The position numbers and the translations under genes are program-made. From Oculina patagonica (lineage: Eukaryota): a stretch of 64,000 nt of DNA. Each line of letters starts with the position of its first letter. Position 1 is the stretch's first letter. The stretch is taken from assembly GCF_052425735.1 (NCBI RefSeq), contig NC_135768.1, positions 16,244,001 to 16,308,000 on the forward strand, written 5' to 3'. The notes under the pieces are model-generated. The model saw nothing but the letters and a program-made list of their open reading frames with translations. It was not told the DNA's origin and ran no database searches. Shown piece by piece: positions 12,782 through 25,900 of this stretch.

Positions 12782-15700
12782 CTATTTTTTATCGTAATTC
12801 AGTGTATTGTTGTCGCCCACCATAAAGTTAACATTCATAGTCCCCCCTGGAGAGCTGACGGTGACAGATGAACCTGAAATTAAAGCAGGAAAATATATAA
12901 AATGAAAAAAGAGTGTCGTAAAACCACAAACCAAAGCAATAACAGTAGCCTATAACAAGAACGGCAAGCAACAAAATGAACCAATGAGAAATCGAAGCAA
13001 ATACACGTGACGGGCGCTAAGCGCGGGAAAACGCATGTGACCAAGTTGCTATTAGTTTCAATTTACATCTGATTGGTTTAGTAGGTGGCGTGAATTTTTA
13101 AATCAAGAGATAGTTATAAAAAATCCGTTGTTTATTTAATATAAACGCTTTCGCGTTTTAAGGGGTATTCCGAGCGACTCGCTCGCTTTAGAAGAGGGAA
13201 AGGAGAGGACCCTGGGGACGAGTTTGTGCTTCGTACACCTTAGTTATACTTGGTATAGAGGTAGCAAAGCGTGAGACATGTACATGTGAGCTGAGGCTGA
13301 AAATCAGTAATAAAGAAGCGCAGTTATAGGTGTGCTGACAGCCTTAATAACCCATTTCCTGACAGTGGACGAGTACAGTAAGTGATGATTGTACTCCCTT
13401 TGTTTTAAAAAACTAAGACGTTCAAATGATCATGGAAATAAGCGTTTGGAATGTTTATTTTTGGTGTTTGGTGTTTGGTGCGTTCCCCCGCCTGCAATTT
13501 GTTCACTCTTGGGCACTCTAAACACAAGACGGCTCTCTTACAACGATACATTAGTACATTAGCTAGAACTTAGTCTTATACTTAGTACATTGAAGTAAAA
13601 ATGCGTGTAAATTTAACAGCAAAACTATTTTGTGGAGCAAAGGAAACTTAGAGTAGAGTTCTATGCAAGTGAAAATTCAAACATACCTGAACTAGCTGAG
13701 ACATTAACGATTGGAACAACATCAGAGCTTGCATCTCCATCTTTTGAGTCACTTAACAGATAAGAGACAACTTCATCACGATTATTTTTCTCTGCAACTT
13801 GAATGGGTGTTTCATCTCCCTTGAGAAAGATGTAAAAAATCACGAACAGTTTACAATACAAGATGGTGAAGTAATGAAATTATTTATATATGGGGCCTGC
13901 AGTGAAACGAACGATGGAGATTGCGGTCTTTTTGGGCCCATGAAGCGACGTTTAGTTATCTGTATCTTGAAAACAAGAGAGGTGTATTGGCCTGAAACTT
14001 CGTATAAAGGGAACTTCTGTTTATATAAAAAATATGTGAATAAAACAGCTCTGTCAGTTATCATAAAGCGGCCTTCACACGACAAACTGAATTTGGCAAA
14101 CTCATGTTGGCAAACTCAAGCTGGTGTGTGTGAACGACACAACAACAGTTGGCAAACTGTTGGTGAGAATAGAGACAAGTTCTATTTTGTCGCCAACAGT
14201 TGGCCAACTTGTTTGGCGTTGCTGCGTCGTTCACACACACCAACTCGAGTTTGCCAACACGAGTTGGCCAATAGTTTGTCGTGTGAAGGCCGCTTAAGGG
14301 TTAGGAATTTTGATATGGCTTTAGGGGTACGAAAACTTTTCGGAACCTTCGAGAAACGGGCCCCCCAGCTCTCAGAGGCAACATGGCTCTGTTGGCACAG
14401 TTATTATTCAAATCCCGTTGGAGCATCTCAATGTTTTTCAGGCTTCTTTTAAGGAGATCTCATTCTCTTTCGTCCAATTGCAAGCGGTATACGACCAAAC
14501 AGTAGGAAAGAAAGGATAGTCCGGCGGCTTAGCTCGAAATTTTAGTTGAATTGTGCACTTTTTGATACAAGCATGAAACTTTGCACAATGAAACTGGTCA
14601 CCAACAGAAATTTTTTCAGATATAGTGCCAAGCCCGAAAAACACCGGTTTCCATGGAAACCTTAATCTATTAACCCTATTCAGACCGGGCTTTTTTGGAT
14701 CTTTTCAGACCTCCGTAACTTACAGAATATTTAAGCAATCACAATGAAACCTAGGGAATATATAGTATGTCCAAACACCTATCTTTTGGTATACGTCACG
14801 TGGGAATATGACGTCACATTACGTGACAATTACATCATAATGACAAAACAGCCGCCATCTTGGATCCGCCATCTTGGATTTCGAATTTTTTCCAAAACGT
14901 CATAAAACCGCGCAAAATTACTGCAAAGTACTCAAAATCAATAAAACTGTGCTTAAAAACCGTAAAAGGATGAAAATAATTGCATTAAAATTATTTTTCA
15001 TTAATAGAAACACGAAAATTACAAAATTGGAAAAACATGCCTGTCAAAATGCCGTTGCCATGGTGACGTCAAGTTCCTCACACAACAACTTATCCTACCA
15101 AATCATTTCCAGATAAATTTTAGATAAATTTGCAAAGTTTGGTAGCGTTTGGTTGAATCTTGAAAAAGTTATAAGCGTTCAAAGTCAGCGCGGGCACTTT
15201 CCGCCCCTCCCGGTCTGGATAGGGTTAAAATCAATGAAATTTCGTGAAATATTTGTTTGTCCTGGTTTATAGACAAATACTATTATGCCAGGTAGTGATA
15301 CCAAGTCGCACGTACAAAATTTAGAATGAAATGCTGTAATTTAGACTGTTCACAGCCCTATATTTTCCTATTTTTCTTCTGTTAGCGAACGGTTCACCGA
15401 TCGCGAGAGACCTGGACGCTAGCGCAAAACGAAAGACGCGAGGGAGCAGAGGGCGGGGAACGAAAAATCTTTTCCCATGCAATAATTTCCTATTAAATTA
15501 TTGGTATCAAACAGATGGTAAAAAATAACAATTGTAAGCCTAATTAAAAGCATTCATATCTGTATTTATGAATAAAAATCAACAATAAAAGGTTTATAAA
15601 AGTACAGGAAGAAATTCTTCGTGGGGAAGGGGCAGGGGGGGGGCTCTCGGCTGAAAATTTAATTGCTGTTTACTAGCTGAAAATAGGGAATTGGCGTTGG

Positions 15701-18700
15701 CACTATATCAATAATTGATTAGTATGCGAATGCTTGTAATCCTGCAAAGTTTGGTGCTTGTATCAAAAATCGCACAATTCAGGAGCTAAGCCGCCGGACT
15801 AGAACGTTGTAACAACGTATAACAATAATAATGAAATCAGTTTTAGATCCCAAAGAGAGTGCATGAACGGCTGCTACGCTAAAACGGTTGTGATATTGAT
15901 TCGGAGGAACTGATCATAGAGGAAACTGATTTGAGTGAATCACTTGTGCACGGGACCGTGCGCTTACCTCGCTGCACATTCTCGGACTCAGCACTTAAGA
16001 AACAACGACCCCGAATTAGCCGGCCCTATCTATATACCCTTGAAGGGAGCCGCTGTTAGAGTATTGTCTAATATTTTGTTCAAAGATGGAACACGAGAAT
16101 ATAAACCTCCCTGAACCAATCAAAACAATGAGTGTACTAGCCTTAAATCATGTATAAATGACAAGGAACTCTTACTAGACTTTTGTACATTATGCTTTTG
16201 TTTCCCCACTAAAATGCTCCACCTTAATGCTCCGTTTTCACCACTAAAATGCTCGGTCTCCCCCAAAAAAGTCACTAAAATGCTCGGATAATGCTCATTA
16301 TACAAACGTTTTTTTTAAAATAAATTTCAAAGTTTTTAACATGGTGTGAACTGTTAACACTTATATAAACGTACAAGTGTTGCAAGTAACAACAACAACG
16401 TATCAACAAGTTCATAAATATGGCCAAAAAAAACATAATCCTCAAAATCATCTACGAGGCTATGTACAGAAAGTAGTTGACTATCTCCATGCAGAAAGTT
16501 ATTTGTTGTTGAATTTAGAGTTTTAGTCTTCATTTTCTCTAAAAAAAGTAATTTCTTTTTTTATTTTCTCCGAAAAAAATTAATTTTCCGGGAAAATGCC
16601 ACTAAAATGCTCGAATAATGCTCAATGCTTTTGCCTCACTAAAATGCTCGATAAAATGCTAGCATAATGTACAAAAGCCTAACTCTTACCCGGCTTGGTT
16701 TGTTGGGGTCAGCTGGGCTGTAAGGATTATTTAATAATTTCTTCACAGCCTGCAAATTGCCTTTCTCAGCTGCCAAATGCAGTGGCGTTAAATCAAACTG
16801 AAAAGTCAAACAAGTAAATTTTTTAATACAAAAACGTCACTTTATCTAAAAGTTAGCAAAGGGAAATGAGCAGTAGAATAACGTGATTAATCATGTTTTT
16901 GAAAGAAGTATAGTTAAGGGAGTGTTGAAGGATGAAGAATAGGGAGAAAGATTAAGCACAAAGAGAAAAATTGGCAGAGTTGAAAAAAAAGGCAAAGATG
17001 CTGGATGCTATGAACAACAGAAGGGTATAATCATTAAAATCATTAACATATCACTGGTGACAAGCATGACAGTAGAACACAATCGAGTATAGTGGAGAAT
17101 GTCTGGAGAATGTCTGTTATTTTATTTGCTTAATCGAATCTACATGGAATCGTGATGTGAACATCCGCAATCGTTTTTGTTTCTTCACTGCTTGTTTGCC
17201 GTCCAAACACGTAAAATTTAACTTCGTGTAAGTGATAGTGGAGGCGTGACATCAAAACAAAAATGCCCTCAAGAATCAAACAAACAGAACGGGATTTACT
17301 TATGCGAGTGTGTGTAATTGCACATAAAAATATTCGCTCACGTTTTGTCTAGAGCACACAACAACACAACCAAGGGAGACAGGGAAAACCTGCAAAAAGC
17401 GTTATTGTTTTGACGTCACGGGTCGACTAGTCCGAAGTTCCCACTTTGTGCGTTTTTTGGCCCAATCAGAAGTGGAATTTAACACTTTTGGACGGCTAAA
17501 ACGCGTTGCAGAAAAAACGATTTGGATTTTATTGCGGTGCTCATATCAGGATCCCACGTTGTTTCAAGCAAGCAAATAAACAAATATTTGTACATGTCAT
17601 CAACCTTCTTTTCTTAAATTCCATACAGATTTGTTACTCACAGTTATTAAAGCTTTTAAGATGATCATTTGAAGAGTGAATTATTCAGTTATTTTAATAT
17701 TTTAATTTAATATTTAAGTAAAAAAGCAAAAAAACATACACGGTCCCCCAAATTTGCTTGGGCTCCATACTTTAACAGCATTTCAATCAATTCTTCATCA
17801 CCATTTTTGTCACTCACTACGAAATGGAGGGGCGTTCTATCCGTCTAGATGGAAGCAAAAATCAATCATGTCATTCTCATTTCCGTCAATAAGCCTGGTT
17901 ATAATTATGCATCAGTCAATTGAAACCCCGGCCCCCCGACCCCCGGGACTTACCGGGGAATTTAACATTTACCAAGTGTTAAAACCCGGCTTATTTCCCC
18001 AACCTAGGGGCCTAGACGTCTGTTAAAAACCCCGCATAGCGGGGGCATCCGAATCGACTTTCAGGAAAAAAAACGGACAAAAATCTTGATTTCGTGGCCG
18101 AAGTTGAAATATCTATTTCTTTAATTTATTGTCTATGTATAGTTACGAGGTCGGAAAGAAACCTGATGTAGTTTGTTTCCGCCAAAAACTTATAAAAAAA
18201 ATTGTTTTTCGTGGTCAGAGACACAAAGTTGTCAAATTTAAAACCCATAATTAGCCATTATGAACACGCCTGCCGGAAGACCCATAATATCGGGGTGTGA
18301 TTGCCCTACAGAACGTATTTCAGCTTTTGTTGACCATCTACTTAAGCCGATAGCACAGCGACAAGCTTCGTGCGACAGACTTTTATAACTTCATTGAGAA
18401 GATTACAGTGTCATGCCCAAACAGCCTAAAAAAAGCTTTCCTTTTCTCTTTAACACTGTATGCGAAGCATACGGAGAATTTCATCAAGGAAACCCTCCCG
18501 TACAGGGCATTTGCCATAGAAGAGGCAAGATCTTGCTAGGGGGAACTGGGGGCATGCCCTTCAGAAAATTTTGAAATCTAGAAGCCCTGAAACTCTTTCT
18601 TCAAGATTTTTCTTAAGGTATTTCTTGAGAGAAATAAATCTTTTTTAACTTGGGATCATTTCCCCAACAAAAAAATTTGTTATTAAAATTGGGTTAAAAT

Positions 18701-21126
18701 CTAGACGAGGTAAGTGCCTCGTCTTGCCTCTGGCTAGCTACGGCCCTGCCGTACTCGGTAAGAGAGTTGCTCAGTGTGATCTTTCAAGAAAGCTCGTTCC
18801 AATTCAATGGAAAAGATTATCTTTAAGCACATCAAACAGCCATGGGCACGACAATCGCCGCAGTTTCCGCTGTCATCTTCACGGCCAAAATAGAAAACGA
18901 AATACTCAGACAAGTAGCAATAAGCCTATCCTTTGGAAACGATTTATTGACGACGGACACAAGAAGTGACAAAATAGAAGAATTTCTTCTAAAGGTGAAC
19001 AGCTTTCACCCTATGATATGATTCACGGCTGAAATCTCAGAAACAGAAACTACTTTCTTGGAGACGATAGTGTACAAAGATGGCAGATTTCAAGTACAAT
19101 GAGTCTATTTTTATCGTGTGAACATATTAAATACAAACCCAGGCGTCGCGAAAGGCTTTAAATATCAAGGAAGAAGCGTGGAGACTTTTCAGAAGGGATT
19201 CCTCAGAACGAACATTTTGAGAAAAACATTTAGTCCTTTATGTTAAATCCCGGCTGCCGTCCCCGCTTTAAGTGATCGCGTGCTGTTAAATCACCGCTCC
19301 ATGGCCCCGGTCTACTGACATTTTGTTAAAACCACCGCCCACCGGGGCCAACGCGCCGTTAAAAGTGCGTTAAATCCCGGCTTTGGACGCGTTAATCCCC
19401 GCTAAGTCCCGGGGGTCGGGGGGGCCGGGGTTTCAATTGACTAATGCATTACCCACCTTCCACAATGAAACAAGAAGGCGTCAAGTAGTGAAGGCACAGG
19501 AATTTCCACTGTATTTTATTTCAGCACTGTGTACGTTATTGTACCGGTAAGATAGTCATACGCCGTTTAAATTACTGACACTAGACGACTGTCACACTAG
19601 ACTGCAAATCAGCTGTAAAATTATGTACTGTACGTAGTTTCAGCAACGTAAGTGAGTCAGTTCAAACAGATACCAAGCATAAAGTGGATAACATTTATAG
19701 TAAGTATTCGAGTGTAGAGGCCTTCATCCAAATATCACTGAAATATATCATATATCATATATATCATATATACAAACGTCTAGTCGTTTCTCAGAAAAAG
19801 CTTTTCTGAGAAGCGGCTAGAAGTTTGTACCTACACGTTTGAACAAAATAAACAACTCTCTTCACGAAAAATTAACATGAAAGCAAAAAATAATAATAAA
19901 ATAACTTAAATAAGGTTTCTCTGAGAGCTGAAAATATAAAGTCATGTAAATTAAGACAATGGAAAAACGCTTTGAATTTATTCAAGTTCTACGCTAGTTT
20001 GCAAACTGCTATATCGTTTATATATGAAATAATGTAATCCAGTAACATGGCCAACAGACGACCATTTTTGCAAATAAAACATTCAGAGCCTTAAAACAGC
20101 CCTTCAGGTGTTAAGTTTTAAAACTGCAAATATTTCAGATTTAAACGTCTAGGAAAATTATTGACATCGGCGGATTTCTACTTACCGGCCGTGGTCTACT
20201 TCCTTCTTGTCACGCAACGCTGAGCATCAAGCGCGTGACAGTTACAAAAATAGTATTATTGTCTTGAAATATTTATTTTTACTTCAAAAGAATAAAGTTT
20301 CTACCAAGACGTTAAGATATTTATACGTAAATGGCCCTCCGATTGAGACTTGTTATACTTCCGGAATAAACGGAAGTAACTAACAACCGAAAGTGAGATA
20401 TTGAAAGTAGGGAATTTTCCCGGAAACTGAAAAGATTGTTCTATAAATATAAACATTGCTTGAAGACTGTGGTGGGAAGAAACCAAACGCGTTCACGAAG
20501 AAAATTGAATAAAATGCTAGTAAGGTGTTATACTTGAGCAGACTTATGTAAATTCATGGCCCCGTATTCTGTAGCTAAGCTGGTGACTCGCTTCCAAAGG
20601 TAAACACGAGTCGACACGAGCTCTACCAAGAATAAACAATTGCTCATATCAACTACAACTTCGGGTATAGTATTTCCGCAATTAATACAATCTGACGATC
20701 CAGGTTTTCTTATAACAAGAGTTGGAAATAAAAGAGAAAGCAATATTATATTCGACATTTATATAAAAGTGAACGAGAAAATCTCTTAAGCAGTCATGTG
20801 TAAACTCAAGCCCCGGGACTCAAGCGCCGTTTACGTTTCAAATTCACCAAATTTAAAATACAGCTTTCGATGTATTTGTGAGGTAAATCAAATGGTTCTT
20901 AAACCAGAATAGATCTATGTTCTTATTATAGCTAAAGCAGTTTTAAATGCAGATATATAGAGTTTTTTAAGCTCACCTTTCCATTGCCTGGTTCTCGAAA
21001 ATTTGCAGGCGCTCCATACGCGAGAAGTAGCAGTATTCGTTTGTTGTCGACCGGATCGCATTTTAAAGCTTGCCAAAACTCTCTTCCTTTACGCCTTGTA
21101 TCTTCATCTTCCTCACAGCTGGCCAT
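12782..21126 (-). CDS. Small ankyrin-repeat protein (160 aa) with a C-terminal RHIM-like motif
   Basis: Exons 21126-20977 (MASCEEDED...LLAYGAPANFREPGNGK), 16797-16690 (FDLTPLHLAAEKGNLQAVKKLL, canonical ankyrin), 13819-13687 (GDETPIQVAEKNNRDEVVSYLL) and 12873-12782 (GSSVTVSSPGGTMNVNFMVGDNNTLNYDKK*). Total 483 nt, phases 0-0-1. A further spliced 3' exon probably starts at 12073. Confidence 0.8.
14067..14294. mobile_element. PIF/Harbinger-type palindromic MITE
   Basis: TIR agcggccttcacacgacaaact at both ends, TAA target duplication. Confidence 0.7.
14517..15801. mobile_element. Non-autonomous TIR element hosting a piggyBac-like MITE
   Basis: TIR tagtccggcggcttagctc / gagctaagccgccggacta. Confidence 0.65.
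14674..15224. mobile_element. piggyBac-like MITE
   Basis: TTAA-ccctattcagaccggg ... cccggtctggataggg-TTAA. Confidence 0.75.
16176..16681. mobile_element. hAT-like MITE with an 8-bp TSD
   Basis: TIR tag(a/g)cttttgtacattatgc; TSD actcttac at 16168-16175 and 16682-16689; subterminal actaaaatgctc repeats. Confidence 0.8.
17908..19448. mobile_element. PIF/Harbinger-type non-autonomous element containing nested insertions
   Basis: Long GC-rich TIR tgcat(c/t)agtcaattgaaaccccggcccccc; TTA on both sides. Confidence 0.7.
18270..19235 (+). pseudogene. Decayed Penelope-like reverse transcriptase fragments
   Basis: Broken frames give GRPIISGCDCPTERISAFVDHLLKPI, TAMGT, KPILWKRFIDD and FTAEISETETTFL, typical of Penelope-type RT. 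Interrupted by a CAGGG...CCCTG MITE at 18503-18748. Confidence 0.7.
20357..20433. promoter_or_regulatory. Candidate immune enhancer: clustered ETS, IRF, kappaB and GAS motifs
   Basis: ACTTCCGG 20357, ACGGAAGT 20370, AACCGAAAGTG 20385, GGGAATTTTCC 20410, TTCCCGGAA 20417, GGAAACTGAAAG 20422. Motif matches only. Confidence 0.4.
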
Positions 21127-22754
21127 TGCAGAAAGCTGGGGGAACTGAAGGACGAAAACTCGCAGAGGAAAGCAGCATTAAGTCAGAGTATACTATGTAA
21201 ACACGTGTTACCGAGAAATGAAGAAATGTTTCCAGGAGACTGGATCGACAAACAATAGGTCACGTGAATGTAAAACATGTAACGCAATCGCCGTTTGGCA
21301 GCCGGAAGTCACTCAAACGCAAATGAAAAAGGCCGTTTCTCAAAGCAGTGGTTAACTAAAAATAGTAAAGATCAGTTCCTAACCCCATAAGGATATAAGG
21401 TTATTGCATTTTTCTGTCAGCAGCATTACGCGCTGTTTTGGAAAAAGACTTAGAAAATTTCACTTTAATAAAATCTACAGGAAGAATATCGATCAGAGAA
21501 GCTATTTACAGTTTGCAACACAAAGTATAACGTCGGCAGAATAAGGAATTTCCGAGCAGCGTTTAATAGCAGAATAAGAAGGAACAATCGGAAAATAACT
21601 GAGATTAAAACCAGAAAATAAAAAAAAAACAGATAGCGATAAAAAAAAATGAAAAATAAATCTAAAAATTAATGATAGAACAGAAACAACATACAATTTG
21701 CAGTGCACTGTAGTTTTTCCAGTGCAATCCGCGGCAAAAAAATAATTGCGGTATTTCGTTGTTTAGTGATGCCTAGAGCAGACCAATTTTATGACCAGAA
21801 ACTATCCGCCAAGACCATAGATACGGGAGTAACGGACATTTTCAAAGAAAATCTAGCAAAATTGCCGGTAGAGGGAAGACCTGGGCAACTGGAAGTTATA
21901 AATAAGAAAATTGCAAATATCAGAACATCGCGCAATACTTTGAAATAAAAATAAATTCATGATTTAATGAGGTAAATTTTCAGAGCTTTCACCGGGACGT
22001 CGTATAACAAATCACACCGTGTACTTATTTATTTGCATTAAGTCATATTGTAATCATTAATACAAATATAGTAAAGCGCCACGCTTGTGTTAATTAAGTT
22101 AAATGAAATTTGAGGTGCAGTAAGTTAAAAAGAATACGGTAAAAAAAGTTTTTGGCCTTTATATAACGGATCACTTAAAGCGGATTTTAAATTATCGATT
22201 GCATGCATGTTTATACCAAAACAAACACCGAGAACAGATTTGTAACCAAAACTGAACAAAATACCATTGAATGCTTTTCTATAAACAATCCGTTGTTATA
22301 ATTTTATATGTTCACCTTTAGTACAAATCGCAGGTTGCTAGCGCGCTTAACAAAGGTCTGTACATGAATAATTAACGATTTCAAGGAAGTAATATTACTG
22401 TAAGCTTAAAGCAATTAACTAACAACAATGCATTTCGTGATGAACCCGCTGGCAGTCCCGTGGTGTTGTAAGAATTAACTTGTTATAATTAGCGCTCCTC
22501 ATTTCACACGAGCCTTCCTGTTTGTAATTTAAACTCGGAATAAAGAAGAATTTTTTTTATAGTATGCTATTTCTTGGGGGTCTTCTTTTTATTATTTAAT
22601 TTCTATTATACCATGTGAACGACACCATATGTGAAGGAGTGTAAGTATGAGTTATATAACATTAGAGCTAACATAAAACCGGCATCCATAACGGTAAGTC
22701 TGAAACGGTCGCGGAAAAAAGGACCTAGATGTTACCTCGCATTATAGGACGAAC

Positions 22755-22933
22755 ATGGTAAGCCCTTCATTCAGAAAACTTAAAGTCTTTTATCTCAAAA
22801 AAATATTCTGATCATTTCTCTTACAGTAATATAGATACCCTCAACTGAAATTTGTTATCTTAATTCGTTCTCTCTTTGTAGATTTTCCTCACTTTGGTTG
22901 CATTAAACAGTTTCGTATGTGTCGTGATAAGAG
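22755..22933 (+). CDS. Gene A start codon and signal peptide exons
   Basis: ATG|gtaag, then IFLTLVALNSFVCVVIRG. Gene B has the same split-start arrangement. Confidence 0.65.
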
Positions 22934-25900
22934 GTAAGTTAAAAAGAATGCTTTGTCAGTATTTTTTTTTTTAAAAATATATACTTTAGAACGAGTAGGA
23001 AATGGGAGTCTTTCCTTTTCAATCCTTTTTGCAGTTTTTTATTTTGACGGCCGTACTTGCAAACAATAACTTTAACATTATTACACGAAATTTTTTTCGC
23101 GACGTCGAGAAAAAAGTTAATGAAATAGATGTTAAACAAACGCTCCAAAATCTTACGTTAATACTAAGATATCATAATGAGACTCCTATTAATCTAGCTT
23201 TTACATTTGGCTCACCAAAACAAAGGGTTGATATGCACCCTGAAAAATTTCTACGATTCCTAAAATTTAATTACATACGAAACAGAACCTAAAACGATCG
23301 AAAAGCACTATACCAAAGAAGTGAGTGCTTTTATGTAAAAAACCCAAAATAAATGCAGAATCTCCCCTAAATTTCCTGTTTTGGTCGTCTTCGAGGGGTT
23401 GCTTGCAGCGTTGTAATTCTTGCCATCATCTTCCCTGGTAAAAGGTTTTGTGGCAGAAAAATGAAGGGAATGGTAAGTTTATGTGCTTTGAGCTGGGGAT
23501 CTCACTTTGAACGTGACTTAACATTAAGACGCAATTGAAATTCTTATATAAAGTATTTCCTCGATGGAACGAGCTAGATGTATATCACTATAGGAAACTT
23601 TTTGCCCCTTTTTGGTTAATGAACAAATCTGTAGAAGGAAAGCTCAAAATATCATGTTAATTTCCTAAGGTGGAAATGGATCAGGGAGGTAATACTTAAC
23701 CAGTTTACAAACCGAGGATTACAAATGGAGGAGGAGGAGGAGGAGGAGGAGGGGAATGTAATACATTGAAATCCCAAAGAAGCCCTTGTTTTTCTTATTT
23801 TCAGACTTTCTCTCATTGCTTGCTGATTTTATCCCTTATTGATGGCATTAATTTTACCATGTATATTTTTAATATCAAAGAAATCGATACGCGTCTCGGA
23901 CAATTTCTGTAAATTTCTGCATGATTACTGGTGACCACTAAAATAATCCTAAATTGTACTCGGACCTTATAGTAATACCACATATAATTTTTGACATAGG
24001 TGTTTGGGCAGCGAACGACCCAGTCGCTGTATATCCACTTGGGAAAACACCAAAGGATGCAAGCCTGTGTAACAACACAGAGGCAGAAATGTTTCGCCGC
24101 GGGGATAAAACGTCTCGCTGGCCAGCAAATCTATTCCAACCAACGGGGGGAAGGACCATTCGAATAACAAATAACCACGGAAACTGGAAGGTAAAGTCCA
24201 TGTCTATCTTGGTTAAGATCAAACCTCTGCAAGCTGGGAGCCAGACAATTGTTCAATTTTCTGCACAAGGAAGGTTAAATCTCTTACTCTCATTACAAGA
24301 GAACTTCTTAACTTTCTCTATGTACTCAAAAAGGGACGGCGAGCCACTAAGTGCAAAGTTGATGTTGAATTCGAATGGAGGACAGTCCTTCACAGGGAAG
24401 TGGTACTCGGTTGGCGTTACCTACAATCACGTAACGGGCAATGTCACGCTCTATTCCGACAAAGGTGGATTCTACAAAGGTTTTCTGGGTATTTTGGAAA
24501 TAGAAGAGCCGGAATATGTCTATTTGGGCAATAACATGGAAACAGTGACAGGAGGCTCACCTCAACAACATTCATCAGGTTTCTATTTGGGCAAAATGGA
24601 GTGTTTCATGGTGTACCGAAGGAGTCTTCGCTTTTCTGAAATACAGCAAGCTATTAATTTATGCGAAAACCTACCCCAAGATATTGGCGAAGAAGATGAT
24701 CACAGTGATAAAGAAGGGGGTGGTAAGTTAAGTTACCTAATTGCGTATCTTTATGTCGAGTAGAAACTGGTTCTTATGCAACAGGTTTCGGCGCCAAACC
24801 GGATTCTTAAGAATGGGGAGGCTAGGAGTGTTGCTAGTCTCCCCTGGATGGGATACTAGTCCATCGCAGGGTTACACCAGTAATCTGTCAGGTTACCCCA
24901 ACAATTCGTCGGTACCCATTTATGCTCCAGGGGTGGGTGAGACACTGTGAGAGTAAAAGTGTCTTGCCCAAGAACACAACACAACACTAAGAACACAACA
25001 CTAAAACACAACAGTAACTCCGGGCAGGGCTCCAACCGGACCATTTGATCCAGAGTCCTGCACACAAGGCGTACATAGGCTTTTGGGTGAAGAGGAGAAG
25101 GGTGAATAAATAAGTTTCGTAATGCATGGGATCTTTGGTGCTGGATACCGTATCAGTTGAGAGCTTAACTATCGTGTTCTGTACCTCCAGTTTTGTGAAT
25201 GGGATTCCAGTCTATCGCGCTTTTAAGTGTTAAAACCTTCTGGGTTTTTTGCAGCTTGCCTTAAAAATTTTCATTGATGTTCCTGCGTCAAGAAGTTTAC
25301 TCTTAAGTTAAGTGACTTGCAAAAGACCACAACACAATGACTCGGCCAGCTCGATACCACTGCATTTACCATCAGGTTACTTCGTCTTCCAACAGTTGTT
25401 AACTTGCCGTTTCTAAATTTTACAGATACGTCGAATGGTGGCAGTCCTTTTATTTGCCCGCTTAAATCCAAGGACGATGATATTAACATCACAAGCTCAA
25501 ATGCAAGAACGACGGACTTTCTATCCACGCTAGTAACATCAAGGTATACTTTGACAAAGGACGTCACAATGAGCAGTTTCACTGTTTCTACATCAGGCAC
25601 AGTGAGTACGATTACAGATGATTTTTACTTCGATACAGTTACATTCACCAAGAACTTCACGAGCACGGAAGTGGTGACTATATCTAGCAGTCCTGCCTCA
25701 TCAAATGGATTTTACCTTAGTAAAACCACTCCTTTACTTCAACAAAACACAATGACGACTGCGAAGATGCATTCAGGCACAAGCTCCGTCATGAGCTACG
25801 TTACAACCTCAAACATAGAGATCGAAAGAACGACGGACTCTCCATCTACGAGCAGTCCAGCAACATCAAATAAATTTTACCTTAGTGCAATCACGCCGTC

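Noticed and set aside
13799-14452. 217-aa plus-strand ORF
   Set aside because: Runs through nested MITE sequence antisense to the ankyrin gene, with no recognisable domain.
23461-23860. Possible alternative start for gene A (ATG AAG GGA ATG|gt at 23461, then TFSHCLLILSLIDGINFT from 23805)
   Set aside because: Resembles a second signal-peptide pair, but the GT donor at 23861 is phase 2 and does not fit the phase-1 LamG exon. Needs RNA evidence.
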